IMG/VR virus record: IMGVR_UViG_3300038315_001257
Span: 1-37,234 of that record
DNA: 37,234 nt
Source: a virus
Lineage: Duplodnaviria > Caudoviricetes
Direction: 5' to 3' (one strand)
Both the position numbers and the translations under genes were made by a program. Under the pieces are notes generated by a model. The model did not search any database, was not told the origin of the DNA, and was given only the letters and a program-made list of their open reading frames with translations. Of this stretch, positions 7,046 to 16,436 are shown piece by piece (the first letter of the stretch is position 1; the number at the start of each line of letters is the position of its first letter).

Positions 7046-9361
7046 CTATAGCTTTTTAAACAATTGGTTTGCATTCAGCCCGGTATTCCTAAAATTAGTG
7101 ATCCTCTGTCCTAATTCAGCAGCAGTGGCTTTTATCATATCTCTTAACTCATCATCAATGCGGATATCAACGTCTTTCATTTTTTTGATAACGGTATTTA
7201 AAAACTCTTTAGGAGAAGTTATATTCCCCACTTTTAAGGTTGAAATTGCTCTTGCTTCCGGGGTTCTAAATGCTTCTCCTCGGATATTCCCTGTAATTCG
7301 GAGTTCAACTTTTGCTGCGGCATCTTTTAATCTTTGCTGGATAAAATCATCCCTAAACGCTAACCCCTTAGGAGTCCTAATATTAAGCTGTTTGGTTATT
7401 GTATCGTCTCCTTTCGCGACAATACCGCTTATCAAATCAACACTATCATCAGATAACCCAAGCAACCCCTCAACGGCCTTTTTCTGTGATTCTGGGGTGT
7501 GACCTCTTGCAAGGTTGATACCTTTCATAACGCTTTTAGTGGCCGCGCTCAAGGGTTTCCCCCTTGATAAATCCGAAACAATACTTGAGGCTTCCTCAAA
7601 ATCTCCCACGCCTTTAGCTACTTGCCCGCGCAAACTTTGTTTTTGTGTCGTTCCGAACAAATCTTCAAGAAAATCCGCGAAAATAAACTGTTTGCGTATG
7701 CTTCCTTTAGGCAAGCCTTTATACCCAAATTCCGAGGCTATATTTTCTATTTCTTCAATCATGCTTAGCGGGCGAGACGAAGCCTTGCCTAAAACTCGCC
7801 GGCCAACTTCGCCAGCTCGCAGTTTTGCCAAGTCATCACTTATTTGAAAATCGCTTCCCATGAGTTTATTAAATCGTTCTATCGCACCAGACAACCGTGC
7901 GTATTTTGTTGCTAGTTTTCTGTATTTGTCAGATATCTGTATCAACGGCTCATCCAACTGATTACGAACATTTTGTAAAATGCGCACGTCGTTACTGGTA
8001 AGTTCGTTTTTCATTTTACCCAAATTCAAATCGTCAAAAATTCTTTGCCGGACAACATTTGCTTTTTGCGGCGTGATAGTAGATATCCCTTTTCTAGGTC
8101 TAATATCGTCGTACACTCCTTGCAACAACTGTTTTGCTCTGGCGTTATTCGCAAATCTGCTGTTGATAAAATTGAGTTTGCCTTTTTCGCCTAACTTAAT
8201 ACCGGCGTTTCCAAGTTCATCGTTAAAATCATTGGCAATTCTAGTAACATCAACAGCATCATCATTCATCCCTCGTACCACTTCTCCTAATTTTTTACCT
8301 ACCATTTGACGCTGACCAATTACAAATCGTACTTCATCCACTAAACTTTTCCCCGGTTCTTGAACTGCTTGCTTGGAAAACAACTTATTACTTGCTGCTT
8401 CTTTGCTTATTTTGTACATTTTTTGTGCGATCCTCTTTTCTTGCGGAGTCATGGATTTTATAACCGCGACGTCTGACTCATCAATACCAACTGAAAATGC
8501 TTGACGCGCAATTTTATCCTTTGTAATTTTACCAGTCTGCTTTGTCGTAAATTTTAAGACCCCTTTTGTTTGTTCAGTAGGAGATTTTTTAAGCAACTGT
8601 GCGATTTCTTTTTTCCGATTAAAATGTCCTCCCAAACCACCCACTGCACCACCAAGCACTACGCCCGCAGCCGCGCCTATTGCCCCTTGTTTTAAACCTT
8701 CAACCGCTATATCACGGACATCGGTTTCACCTTCTTGCACAGATTCCGCGACTCCATGCGCACCACCAAACAATGCCCCTGCTTTAAATCCTGTTTTAGC
8801 GCCGCCTATAGCTCCTTTTAAAATCCCCGAAGGAGCAACACGCGCAACCGTCCCCGCCTTAGACCCTAAAACACCAGCGCCAACAATATCAATTCCAACC
8901 CCTGCCGCTTCTCCGGCAATTTGTAATCCTGTTTTTTTGCTTGCGGGCGCAATATCTTTTAGTTCCTGTACGGCATCTTGTGAGCGCTCGCCTCTTGCTT
9001 CTATTTTTAGTTGCTCTAATAGACTGTCATATACTGGTGTTCCCTTTTCCGCTTCTTTCAATCCTTCTATAATTCTGTCAATTCGCGCAACAGTCTGTTT
9101 CGATCGTTTCAGTTGCTGTTTACCTACCCCAACGATGCCTGCACTTTGGCCCAATGTTTCACCAAGTCTACGTTCTGACTTAATTAGCGCCTTTCCAACA
9201 TTGCCCAAAAAACCCAAGACACGATTCCCTTTTTTCTTTGGCTGTACTGTTTCTGCAAAGTTAATTGCGCCCGTTTGCGGGGGTGTTGATTGAACAGGTT
9301 GCTCTCGCTGCCTTTCTACTTTCTGCCTTATATCTTCTATTTGTTGCGGTGTTAATGCCAT
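7046..9361 (-). CDS. Putative ejection / DNA-transfer internal virion protein
   Basis: 771 aa with Gly/Ala-rich hydrophobic stretches then a helical basic region; at the end of the podovirus structural module. Confidence 0.65.
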   Translation of the reverse strand: MALTPQQIEDIRQKVERQREQPVQSTPPQTGAINFAETVQPKKKGNRVLGFLGNVGKALIKSERRLGETLGQSAGIVGVGKQQLKRSKQTVARIDRIIEGLKEAEKGTPVYDSLLEQLKIEARGERSQDAVQELKDIAPASKKTGLQIAGEAAGVGIDIVGAGVLGSKAGTVARVAPSGILKGAIGGAKTGFKAGALFGGAHGVAESVQEGETDVRDIAVEGLKQGAIGAAAGVVLGGAVGGLGGHFNRKKEIAQLLKKSPTEQTKGVLKFTTKQTGKITKDKIARQAFSVGIDESDVAVIKSMTPQEKRIAQKMYKISKEAASNKLFSKQAVQEPGKSLVDEVRFVIGQRQMVGKKLGEVVRGMNDDAVDVTRIANDFNDELGNAGIKLGEKGKLNFINSRFANNARAKQLLQGVYDDIRPRKGISTITPQKANVVRQRIFDDLNLGKMKNELTSNDVRILQNVRNQLDEPLIQISDKYRKLATKYARLSGAIERFNKLMGSDFQISDDLAKLRAGEVGRRVLGKASSRPLSMIEEIENIASEFGYKGLPKGSIRKQFIFADFLEDLFGTTQKQSLRGQVAKGVGDFEEASSIVSDLSRGKPLSAATKSVMKGINLARGHTPESQKKAVEGLLGLSDDSVDLISGIVAKGDDTITKQLNIRTPKGLAFRDDFIQQRLKDAAAKVELRITGNIRGEAFRTPEARAISTLKVGNITSPKEFLNTVIKKMKDVDIRIDDELRDMIKATAAELGQRITNFRNTGLNANQLFKKL

Positions 9362-9365
9362 ATTT

Positions 9366-11576
9366 TTATGTTTTACGATTAAATATGCTTATCACGTTTT
9401 TAACATATCGTGGTACACTCGTACCTGTTACGTCTTTCGATGTGTTCCCTGCTATTGGTCTTCCACTGAACCACACGCTTGCCACATCCTCCAAATTGCC
9501 ATGTTTCTCAAATATCTGTTGCATTTTAACTTCTGCCACCTTATCTTGCGCCTGCGAGTCATTTAAGAACTCCTGCGGAGTCATAGCACGCCCTAATACC
9601 TCGCGTGTCCATGTTGGAATGTTAAAATCCATAACCTGATACTTGCCATATGCTTTTCCTTTGCCTGTTTCTTTTCCAATTGCTCGGTAATTACCCCCGC
9701 TCTCTTGTTCGGCTATTGCCTCTTTGAATTGTGCTATTTCATCTTTTTTTTTTATGACCTCTCCTGTTACGGGGTCTAAGTAATCTATTCCTGTGTCTGT
9801 CTGTCTGCCTCCTATAATACCCTCATCAAATAGCTGTTGTAGTTCGTCTTTGGTGTATTGGCTGTAGTCAACCTCATCACTTTGTGAAGTATCGAAATTA
9901 TAGTTCGTCAAGTATTCTGTTCCGTCATCTACTCCAGTTTTTCTATCAATTCTTCGTCCATATTCACTATAAAGATTTTGGTATTGCGACTCTACAACTT
10001 GATATTTTTGGTTTGTGATTTCCATGAAGTCGTTTTTCAATGCTGGCGGCATAAATCCTCCCTCTGCTTTCCAGTACCCATTAAACCGCGCATAAACACC
10101 TACAAAAATATTACCTGACTTTGCAGCGGCAGCATATTCAGACTCACGCACTACACTATTTGGATCGAGTGCTTTCATAAATTCAAAGATCAACGCAAGG
10201 TCACCAGCTCCACCAACATCTGAATCAATTATTCGCTGTACGCTTTCTCTTTTATTTTGAACGACTATAAAATTCTTCACTATTTGGTGAGTATCAAACC
10301 CTTTTGCAATAGAATCTATCTGTGTTTGTGTGCGATAATCTAATCCACTATTATTTATTTTTTGTGTTGCTGATTGTCCTAAATCAACCTCGTTAATTAA
10401 GTTTCCTTGTGGATCATACACAAGACGTTTCACTCGTATTTCTCCATCTTCATTTAAAATCTCGCGGGTTTCTTGATAGGTTTTTATTCCTGAGGTTACC
10501 GCACCAAGACTCACTTCGTTTACTACATTACCCTGCTTATCATAAGAGAAACGAACAAGCTGACCATTAACTTCTCTTGTTTCTTGTGTAACGTTTGGGT
10601 CATTATCTTCAAAAGGTTTGAAATCTATTACGTTTCCTTCTTCGTTTCTCTGTACCCATGCCAATGTCCCGTCTGTCAAAACTTCTTCAAGTTCCCATGA
10701 CGCATTGTCTTCTGGTTTTGCATAATTCCCAATATTTTTTTCAGTCCCATCGTCTCCTACCCGCACAAATGTTCCATCGCTTAATTCCATATAACTATAT
10801 TTAACACTCTCATCTGGCGATTTCGCGGCATTGTAAAACGCCTCAAAGGTCAATTCGCTTTTGAATCCTCCTTGTTTCATCAATTCAGCTTTTTGTTCAA
10901 GGGTGAATTGGTCAACCCCAACCCCCCCTTGAGAGAGTAAAGCAAGATCAGCCCGTGCTTGATCCTGTTCCTGCTGTAAAAACTCCAATTGTAATGTAGC
11001 TCCGGTCCGTGCGTCCTCTGCTTCCTGTTTAAGCCTAGCATCGGCTCGTGTTTCTATAGCTCCAAAAACCTGCGCGAGTTGACGTTGTTTTTCAACTTCA
11101 ATACCCCGCACCTCTGACGCAGTTGCTTTTTCAATACCAGTTCTCAATTTTTGCTGTCTTGCCAAACCAAACTCTTGGCCCAAAAGACCGCTTTTCGATT
11201 GTATAGCTCTCTCTGTTCCTCCAAATTCCTTTTGTTTTTTTTCACTGCGCAATCGAGCTTCTTCAATTTGTTGCACGGCGGCCGCATTTATGGCGTCAAT
11301 TTGTTCCTGCATTTGTTTTCGCGTTTGCTCGCGGATAGCCGTTTCATCCGGTGGTGTTGTATCAAATTGACTAATCAAATTCTTTTGTGCTGCTTGTACT
11401 TTCGTGTCTTGTCCTAAATCAAACGGCACAACTGAACCATCGGCGTCAATTGTCGATCGTGCTTCTCCTCGCGTTGTATCGGTTTCGCGATCCTTAAAAG
11501 AATCCTTAAACTCTTGTAGCGCTACAGGAGTGCGTGAACCAAGTTTTTTAATGTCTTCGTCTATTGTTAGTGGCAT
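9366..11576 (-). CDS. Ejection protein with C-terminal lytic transglycosylase (lysozyme-like) domain
   Basis: Coiled-coil N-terminus; C-terminal AIAEQESGGNY...AYGKYQVM...W...YV; internal duplicated QETRE...YDxQGNxxNEVxLG motif. Confidence 0.8.
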   Translation of the reverse strand: MPLTIDEDIKKLGSRTPVALQEFKDSFKDRETDTTRGEARSTIDADGSVVPFDLGQDTKVQAAQKNLISQFDTTPPDETAIREQTRKQMQEQIDAINAAAVQQIEEARLRSEKKQKEFGGTERAIQSKSGLLGQEFGLARQQKLRTGIEKATASEVRGIEVEKQRQLAQVFGAIETRADARLKQEAEDARTGATLQLEFLQQEQDQARADLALLSQGGVGVDQFTLEQKAELMKQGGFKSELTFEAFYNAAKSPDESVKYSYMELSDGTFVRVGDDGTEKNIGNYAKPEDNASWELEEVLTDGTLAWVQRNEEGNVIDFKPFEDNDPNVTQETREVNGQLVRFSYDKQGNVVNEVSLGAVTSGIKTYQETREILNEDGEIRVKRLVYDPQGNLINEVDLGQSATQKINNSGLDYRTQTQIDSIAKGFDTHQIVKNFIVVQNKRESVQRIIDSDVGGAGDLALIFEFMKALDPNSVVRESEYAAAAKSGNIFVGVYARFNGYWKAEGGFMPPALKNDFMEITNQKYQVVESQYQNLYSEYGRRIDRKTGVDDGTEYLTNYNFDTSQSDEVDYSQYTKDELQQLFDEGIIGGRQTDTGIDYLDPVTGEVIKKKDEIAQFKEAIAEQESGGNYRAIGKETGKGKAYGKYQVMDFNIPTWTREVLGRAMTPQEFLNDSQAQDKVAEVKMQQIFEKHGNLEDVASVWFSGRPIAGNTSKDVTGTSVPRYVKNVISIFNRKT

Positions 11577-11603
11577 ATGGGTATAAGTTAATTATGATTG
11601 TAT

Positions 11604-13022
11604 TTAATACCAAGTTTCTATTTGAATATAAGCAGTCCCACAATCGGATGGTACTGCTGAACTCCAATTGATCGTAATATTAGTTGCATCCGTTGTTGAT
11701 AGATTGGCTACGCCATTTCCACCACATATAAGGGCATCATCTATTTGTCCAGCTATCCCTGAGCCAGTTGGCCTAGCACTCCATTTCTGACATTCGTCGT
11801 CTCCTGTTCCTGTCGCATGTCCACGCGATTGTTCGGTGTCTAGGTCTGCTGCTGTTTCGATACATACAGCATTTACCACAATTAAATTAGGCGCAACTCC
11901 TAACCCATGTGCAATAGTTTGATCTCCAGTCCCCGCGGCATTCGTGCGTGTTGTTTGCGTAACCGCCATCGGGTGGGAATGTATCGTGGATGTCCCGCTA
12001 TCCGTCAAATCTTCTGCCTCTGTTGCTGTTATATCCGATCCCTCGAATAAGTCCGTTGCCTCATTCAAGAGTGCCGCCGTTGTGCTTACGTTCACACTGT
12101 TTAGTTGGAATATAGACGTTAAATTCGTCGTTGCGTTAAACGTGCTCATGCCGGCAAAGGTACTATTCCCACTCCACGCATATGCAAAATCGAGTTCCAT
12201 AAACTCACCCGGGATATCGCCGTCCGCGTCGGTAACCGCAACCATTTGTTTAGCACTGCTTGTGTTCCCGAAATCCGCAGTATTAGCGCACAGATTCGCG
12301 CCAGTACTCCCTTTTTCTGTCCCTGCAACAAGTTCCGCATTTGTTGCCATCTCCACAAGCCCCTGCAAAGACGTTGTGGCGTTAGAAGCTCCCGCAATAG
12401 CCACAGTATCAACATAGTATTTATGAACTATATCAGTTTGGTTTACTGGCGTTGTCGTTGCCGCGTATGTCAACAAGTTTGGTATTGTTTCGTCTCCGTT
12501 TAGAATACGACTGACTATAGCGAGCTGTGGGTAATTAGTAATCTTGACGCTTGCGCCACGTCTGTGTGTCTTAATCAGCGCTTCTACTGCCAAATCACCA
12601 TCAACTGGGTCTATACCCCGAACCAAGCTCGTTACAGACGTCCCTGACGCCGTACCGCATGTATATTCCTCATTGCTTGTCCCCTCATTAAGCGTAAAAC
12701 AGATGTACCCCGAAAGATTGTCACCAGACTTAGTTGTTCCCGAGTTAAGCGTCATTGACGTAGAGCTTACATTTATGGTTGCCTGTAAGGAACTTTCAAA
12801 CACCGCCACTGTTACGGGGATAGTTGCGCCGAGTATATCTTCTGGTATATCTTCGTACACATGGCTTATGGTTTCCCGTATTATCTCCGTGGGGGTTACT
12901 ACCTGTTGAACAATCGGCCTTACCATAGAGAGAGAAACAATACTTGCGACAATACCGGCAAGCACGCAAAAGATACCAGCCCACCAATAGATTTTTAAAA
13001 ACTTGCTTTTTTCGTTATTCAT
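11604..13022 (-). CDS. Tail fibre/needle-like protein with N-terminal TM segment
   Basis: Thr/Ser/Gly-rich; ATTSLQGLVEMAT and TIAHGLGVAP fibre-type motifs; hydrophobic aa ~11-33. Confidence 0.7.
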   Translation of the reverse strand: MNNEKSKFLKIYWWAGIFCVLAGIVASIVSLSMVRPIVQQVVTPTEIIRETISHVYEDIPEDILGATIPVTVAVFESSLQATINVSSTSMTLNSGTTKSGDNLSGYICFTLNEGTSNEEYTCGTASGTSVTSLVRGIDPVDGDLAVEALIKTHRRGASVKITNYPQLAIVSRILNGDETIPNLLTYAATTTPVNQTDIVHKYYVDTVAIAGASNATTSLQGLVEMATNAELVAGTEKGSTGANLCANTADFGNTSSAKQMVAVTDADGDIPGEFMELDFAYAWSGNSTFAGMSTFNATTNLTSIFQLNSVNVSTTAALLNEATDLFEGSDITATEAEDLTDSGTSTIHSHPMAVTQTTRTNAAGTGDQTIAHGLGVAPNLIVVNAVCIETAADLDTEQSRGHATGTGDDECQKWSARPTGSGIAGQIDDALICGGNGVANLSTTDATNITINWSSAVPSDCGTAYIQIETWY

Positions 13023-13040
13023 ATAATGTATGTACCATCA

Positions 13041-14987
13041 CTAGGGACGGTATTTCTTAGGTATTTTTTGTACTGCTTTACGGGTGCGGATATCCTCGTA
13101 TCGAAATTCTGTAACTGATACATACCCGATCCCCGTTGCCACAAACTTAATTCCAATATATTCATATTTGCTTACGTTGACTGACAATTCCGTTTCATAA
13201 TGGTAAGCGTCTACGCCATCGCCACCGCCGCCCACTTCATGACTTCCAACAGTAAGCGACCCCACTAAAATCTTCTGCCCTATGTCAACATACGCACCGC
13301 TTCCACTAATTGTATCTACTAAAACAAATCCGCCATTATCAACATTTGTGTAAATTTCTAAATTCTGATCCACACCAATCTCGCCTTTAATTACAAATTT
13401 TTTAGTCTTTTTGTGATGGTCTTTCCCATGATTCGTAAATCCACTGATCCAGTGGTTATTTACTAGAGAACCGTCTGCGTCAAACCCGCTAAATAGCGTA
13501 TACACGTTGTTTGATACCGAATCGCCCGCTACCATTGTCCCGTTATATACCTCAAGTGTTGAAGCATAATCGTCTTTACGATCTATCGTTTTCTTAATTC
13601 GATCATACACAAACAGTGTGTTATTAAACGTGTCGTCTTTATGCCTGCACGCGAATAGTACCAAATCCCCCCACACTTTTACTACTGCTTTATTAAACCG
13701 ATAATCTGTTAAATTTATTCCCACGCGCTCTTTGTTGATAATCAGCTGTTTTGAAACACTGCGCGGGATAATTTGTGATGATCCACCTGTGCCGTAGGTT
13801 AATACTCGAAATTGCGGGTCTTTCTCATTCGTGTAGTCAATATAATAAATCCCTTCCTCTGCTTCATCTGCCGCACGCCAGTTTGGTATGCCCACAAGCT
13901 CCCTATAGGGTAAATTCGTCGCATTGGTATCATCCTCTGTTATTGTCAACTGCCATGTTTTTTTCTTATGAAAACAATACTGTACATTATCCAAAGTAAA
14001 AACATTCTGCATATCTCCGCCACCTTCACCCTGATTAAAAATAAACCCTTCACCAGCAACTCGTGTGCCTGATTTTGTAAAATCTGCGATACCGTTATTT
14101 GTTGCGTTTTCATGCTGATAATCGGTTGTAATGGCCTGTGTATTTGCTGGAGCTGAATCAAACGTAACTGAATACGCGCCAGTACTGTAATTAATCGTTC
14201 CTGTGCCTCCTGCGCTCCCTGTAAGCACCCCATTCCCATCATCCGTAAAAGTTTCAACCGTATCCGTAACCGTCATAGCAAAGGCTGTTATCCTGCCAGT
14301 AACTGCGGCCAGTGTTCCTGTAAATGTTTTTTCTGTCCCGTCACCTGTTCCCACGGACTCACTGCTTACCGTCGTATAATTCAGCGTATCAATATATGAT
14401 CCATACACACTGGTGTTATCTTTGAAAAGCTTATCAAATGTGGTTGTAGAATTTCTAAAAAACAATAGCATCCTATTCTGTTTTATTCGTATGCGTCCCT
14501 TGAAGTTTTTGCTGTTCAAGTAGTTATCTTTCGCTATGCCGGGGTTAGCGGTCATTATTTTGAACAGGCCGCTATTTGGTGAAGATAACCATACTTGATT
14601 GCCTGCCGGTGATTCATAATTGGCAAAGGAAACTTCTTCACCATCTGCATCGCTCCCCAAAATATCTGTGCCTCCTGCTGCCGTGGTAACTTCTATCCAT
14701 GTATCAGTGGCAGAATCATAATACTCTACAGCCTTCCCTCTTGAACGAAACGCAACTAAGGTGCCGTCTACTTTATTGCCAACATGAAAACCAGTAATTT
14801 CGCCAGTGCCAGTTAGCAAGTTGCCCAGTATAGCATACCCACGCGCGAGTTCTATCTTGTTGCCTACAGTAATCCAATTCTTTGAATCAAACGTCGCTGC
14901 TTTTGGTGCATGAGGCAACTTGTATGCGTCAAGTGTATTTATCGTCCCATATGGGAAGGCTTCAATTGTTTGTACTTTTTTAGGCAT
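13041..14987 (-). CDS. Tail nozzle / DNA-stabilisation protein (P22 gp10 / T7 gp12 position)
   Basis: 648 aa, beta-rich, follows the adaptor; contains a Thr/Gly-rich inserted domain (GTGDGTEKTF...GTINYSTG). Confidence 0.65.
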   Translation of the reverse strand: MPKKVQTIEAFPYGTINTLDAYKLPHAPKAATFDSKNWITVGNKIELARGYAILGNLLTGTGEITGFHVGNKVDGTLVAFRSRGKAVEYYDSATDTWIEVTTAAGGTDILGSDADGEEVSFANYESPAGNQVWLSSPNSGLFKIMTANPGIAKDNYLNSKNFKGRIRIKQNRMLLFFRNSTTTFDKLFKDNTSVYGSYIDTLNYTTVSSESVGTGDGTEKTFTGTLAAVTGRITAFAMTVTDTVETFTDDGNGVLTGSAGGTGTINYSTGAYSVTFDSAPANTQAITTDYQHENATNNGIADFTKSGTRVAGEGFIFNQGEGGGDMQNVFTLDNVQYCFHKKKTWQLTITEDDTNATNLPYRELVGIPNWRAADEAEEGIYYIDYTNEKDPQFRVLTYGTGGSSQIIPRSVSKQLIINKERVGINLTDYRFNKAVVKVWGDLVLFACRHKDDTFNNTLFVYDRIKKTIDRKDDYASTLEVYNGTMVAGDSVSNNVYTLFSGFDADGSLVNNHWISGFTNHGKDHHKKTKKFVIKGEIGVDQNLEIYTNVDNGGFVLVDTISGSGAYVDIGQKILVGSLTVGSHEVGGGGDGVDAYHYETELSVNVSKYEYIGIKFVATGIGYVSVTEFRYEDIRTRKAVQKIPKKYRP

Positions 14988-14988
14988 T

Positions 14989-15663
14989 TTATTGGTACTC
15001 GCTATTATTTACATGACCATCCGTATATCCTCTAGTATCTCCATTCCTAAAACTGTGGTTCATGGTTCGCAATTTTAAATTTGTGTCCCATAATTCCATT
15101 GCGTCTTTTAACGTCTTGGCTTGGCCTTTTATTCGTTTAGCAATAGTATCGTTAATCTCATCATGCTCTGGCGCCTCTGCTATTTTGAACGCTGTTTTTA
15201 TTGCGAGTAGCGCATGGAAACGAGACGGGAACACCCAACTAGAATCTTCTGTTATCTCTGCTGAATCTTTAATATAAAACAAGTAAATTGTTTCACCATC
15301 AACTTGTATTCCTGTTAAAGCGTATCTGTCATTTGCTAAATCAATGTAGTAATACCCAGACGTATACTGAAATGAATATTTATCTTCAAAAGCTATGGGC
15401 GTATAGTCCTGTGGCTGCGTTCCGCTTGCGCCCACCTGCAATTTATAGTCATACGCAAAATCGTCCGGTAGACTTCTATATGTTTCAAACGTATCATTCG
15501 CGGAAGTCGTCGCCGTTGCAACACTAGACACTAATTTTCTCCATGGCCGCATAGCTTCTATTTCTGACCTTGCTATATTCACTATCTGGTAAAAAAAGAT
15601 ATCATCTATGGTTTCGCCATCGAGCCATTTTTCCACTTGTGTTTTTGTATCTGCTCCTGTCAT
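14989..15663 (-). CDS. Head-tail adaptor protein
   Basis: 224 aa; RPWRKL, SLPDDF, WVFPSRFHALL pattern and synteny typical of podovirus adaptors. Confidence 0.65.
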   Translation of the reverse strand: MTGADTKTQVEKWLDGETIDDIFFYQIVNIARSEIEAMRPWRKLVSSVATATTSANDTFETYRSLPDDFAYDYKLQVGASGTQPQDYTPIAFEDKYSFQYTSGYYYIDLANDRYALTGIQVDGETIYLFYIKDSAEITEDSSWVFPSRFHALLAIKTAFKIAEAPEHDEINDTIAKRIKGQAKTLKDAMELWDTNLKLRTMNHSFRNGDTRGYTDGHVNNSEYQ

Positions 15664-15665
15664 AG

Positions 15666-15926
15666 TTAAGGTTGCTCTACGTCATCAGCGTTTGCGGCCG
15701 GTAACGTTTGCAAATATTCTTGTGAAACAATAACAAATTCTTCACCATTTTTTCTCGTCAATTTCAATCCGCCCAGCACAGTATGCAAATATACTTCCTC
15801 TACCAATTGATTTCGAATACCAATACTGTAATTTCCCAAAAATTCTTCATGATATTTTTTCGCATGTAATCCCAAAGACACAATCAGAGCTATCAATATT
15901 AGTGTTATAATAATATTTTTCATCAT
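15666..15926 (-). CDS. Small protein with N-terminal TM/signal
   Basis: IIITLILIALIVSLGL. Confidence 0.7.
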   Translation of the reverse strand: MMKNIIITLILIALIVSLGLHAKKYHEEFLGNYSIGIRNQLVEEVYLHTVLGGLKLTRKNGEEFVIVSQEYLQTLPAANADDVEQP

Positions 15927-15943
15927 AGTATAGTGTGTTATTT

Positions 15944-16390
15944 TTAGACATCTGTTGCGCCGTCAAAAAATGTTTTACGTGCTTCTGATACCAACACGGT
16001 TTCTCCGTCACTGTCTCGCGTGTATGTACCGTCATCTTCTTGCGTGTATCCTGTTTTGATATCCCCGTCAAAGTAAGCGTCTGCGAAATCATACGCTTTG
16101 CTTCTGTTCGTTTTATCAAGAACTTTTAAAACCGTTTCATCAAAATAATCGTCAAAAGGAGTTGTTTCTGTCATGTATTCGTCTGAATTGGTATTGACTA
16201 CTGGATACACCTTTTGTCCAATCGGAGCGTCTAAGTTATCTCTTGCCGCTTGATTCGCATAGCCATAAAACAAAAGTTGACCTGTTTTATTTAGACGGTT
16301 AAGTTTTGGGTCTTCTGCTAACATCCAATACGATTCTGTATAAGGATTAGCGCTATCGTATGGGTTTGGATAAGTCATTTGTTTTGCCAT
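15944..16390 (-). CDS. Hypothetical, possible fibre-assembly protein
   Basis: Acidic 148-aa ORF directly after the large fibre gene. Confidence 0.6.
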   Translation of the reverse strand: MAKQMTYPNPYDSANPYTESYWMLAEDPKLNRLNKTGQLLFYGYANQAARDNLDAPIGQKVYPVVNTNSDEYMTETTPFDDYFDETVLKVLDKTNRSKAYDFADAYFDGDIKTGYTQEDDGTYTRDSDGETVLVSEARKTFFDGATDV

Positions 16391-16436
16391 ATGTTTTTGG
16401 TTAAATTTAGTTCATACTATAAATTGTTGTAAAAAT

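Noticed and set aside
7046-9361. Tape measure protein
   Set aside because: No tail tube, sheath or chaperone genes; context fits a podovirus ejection protein.
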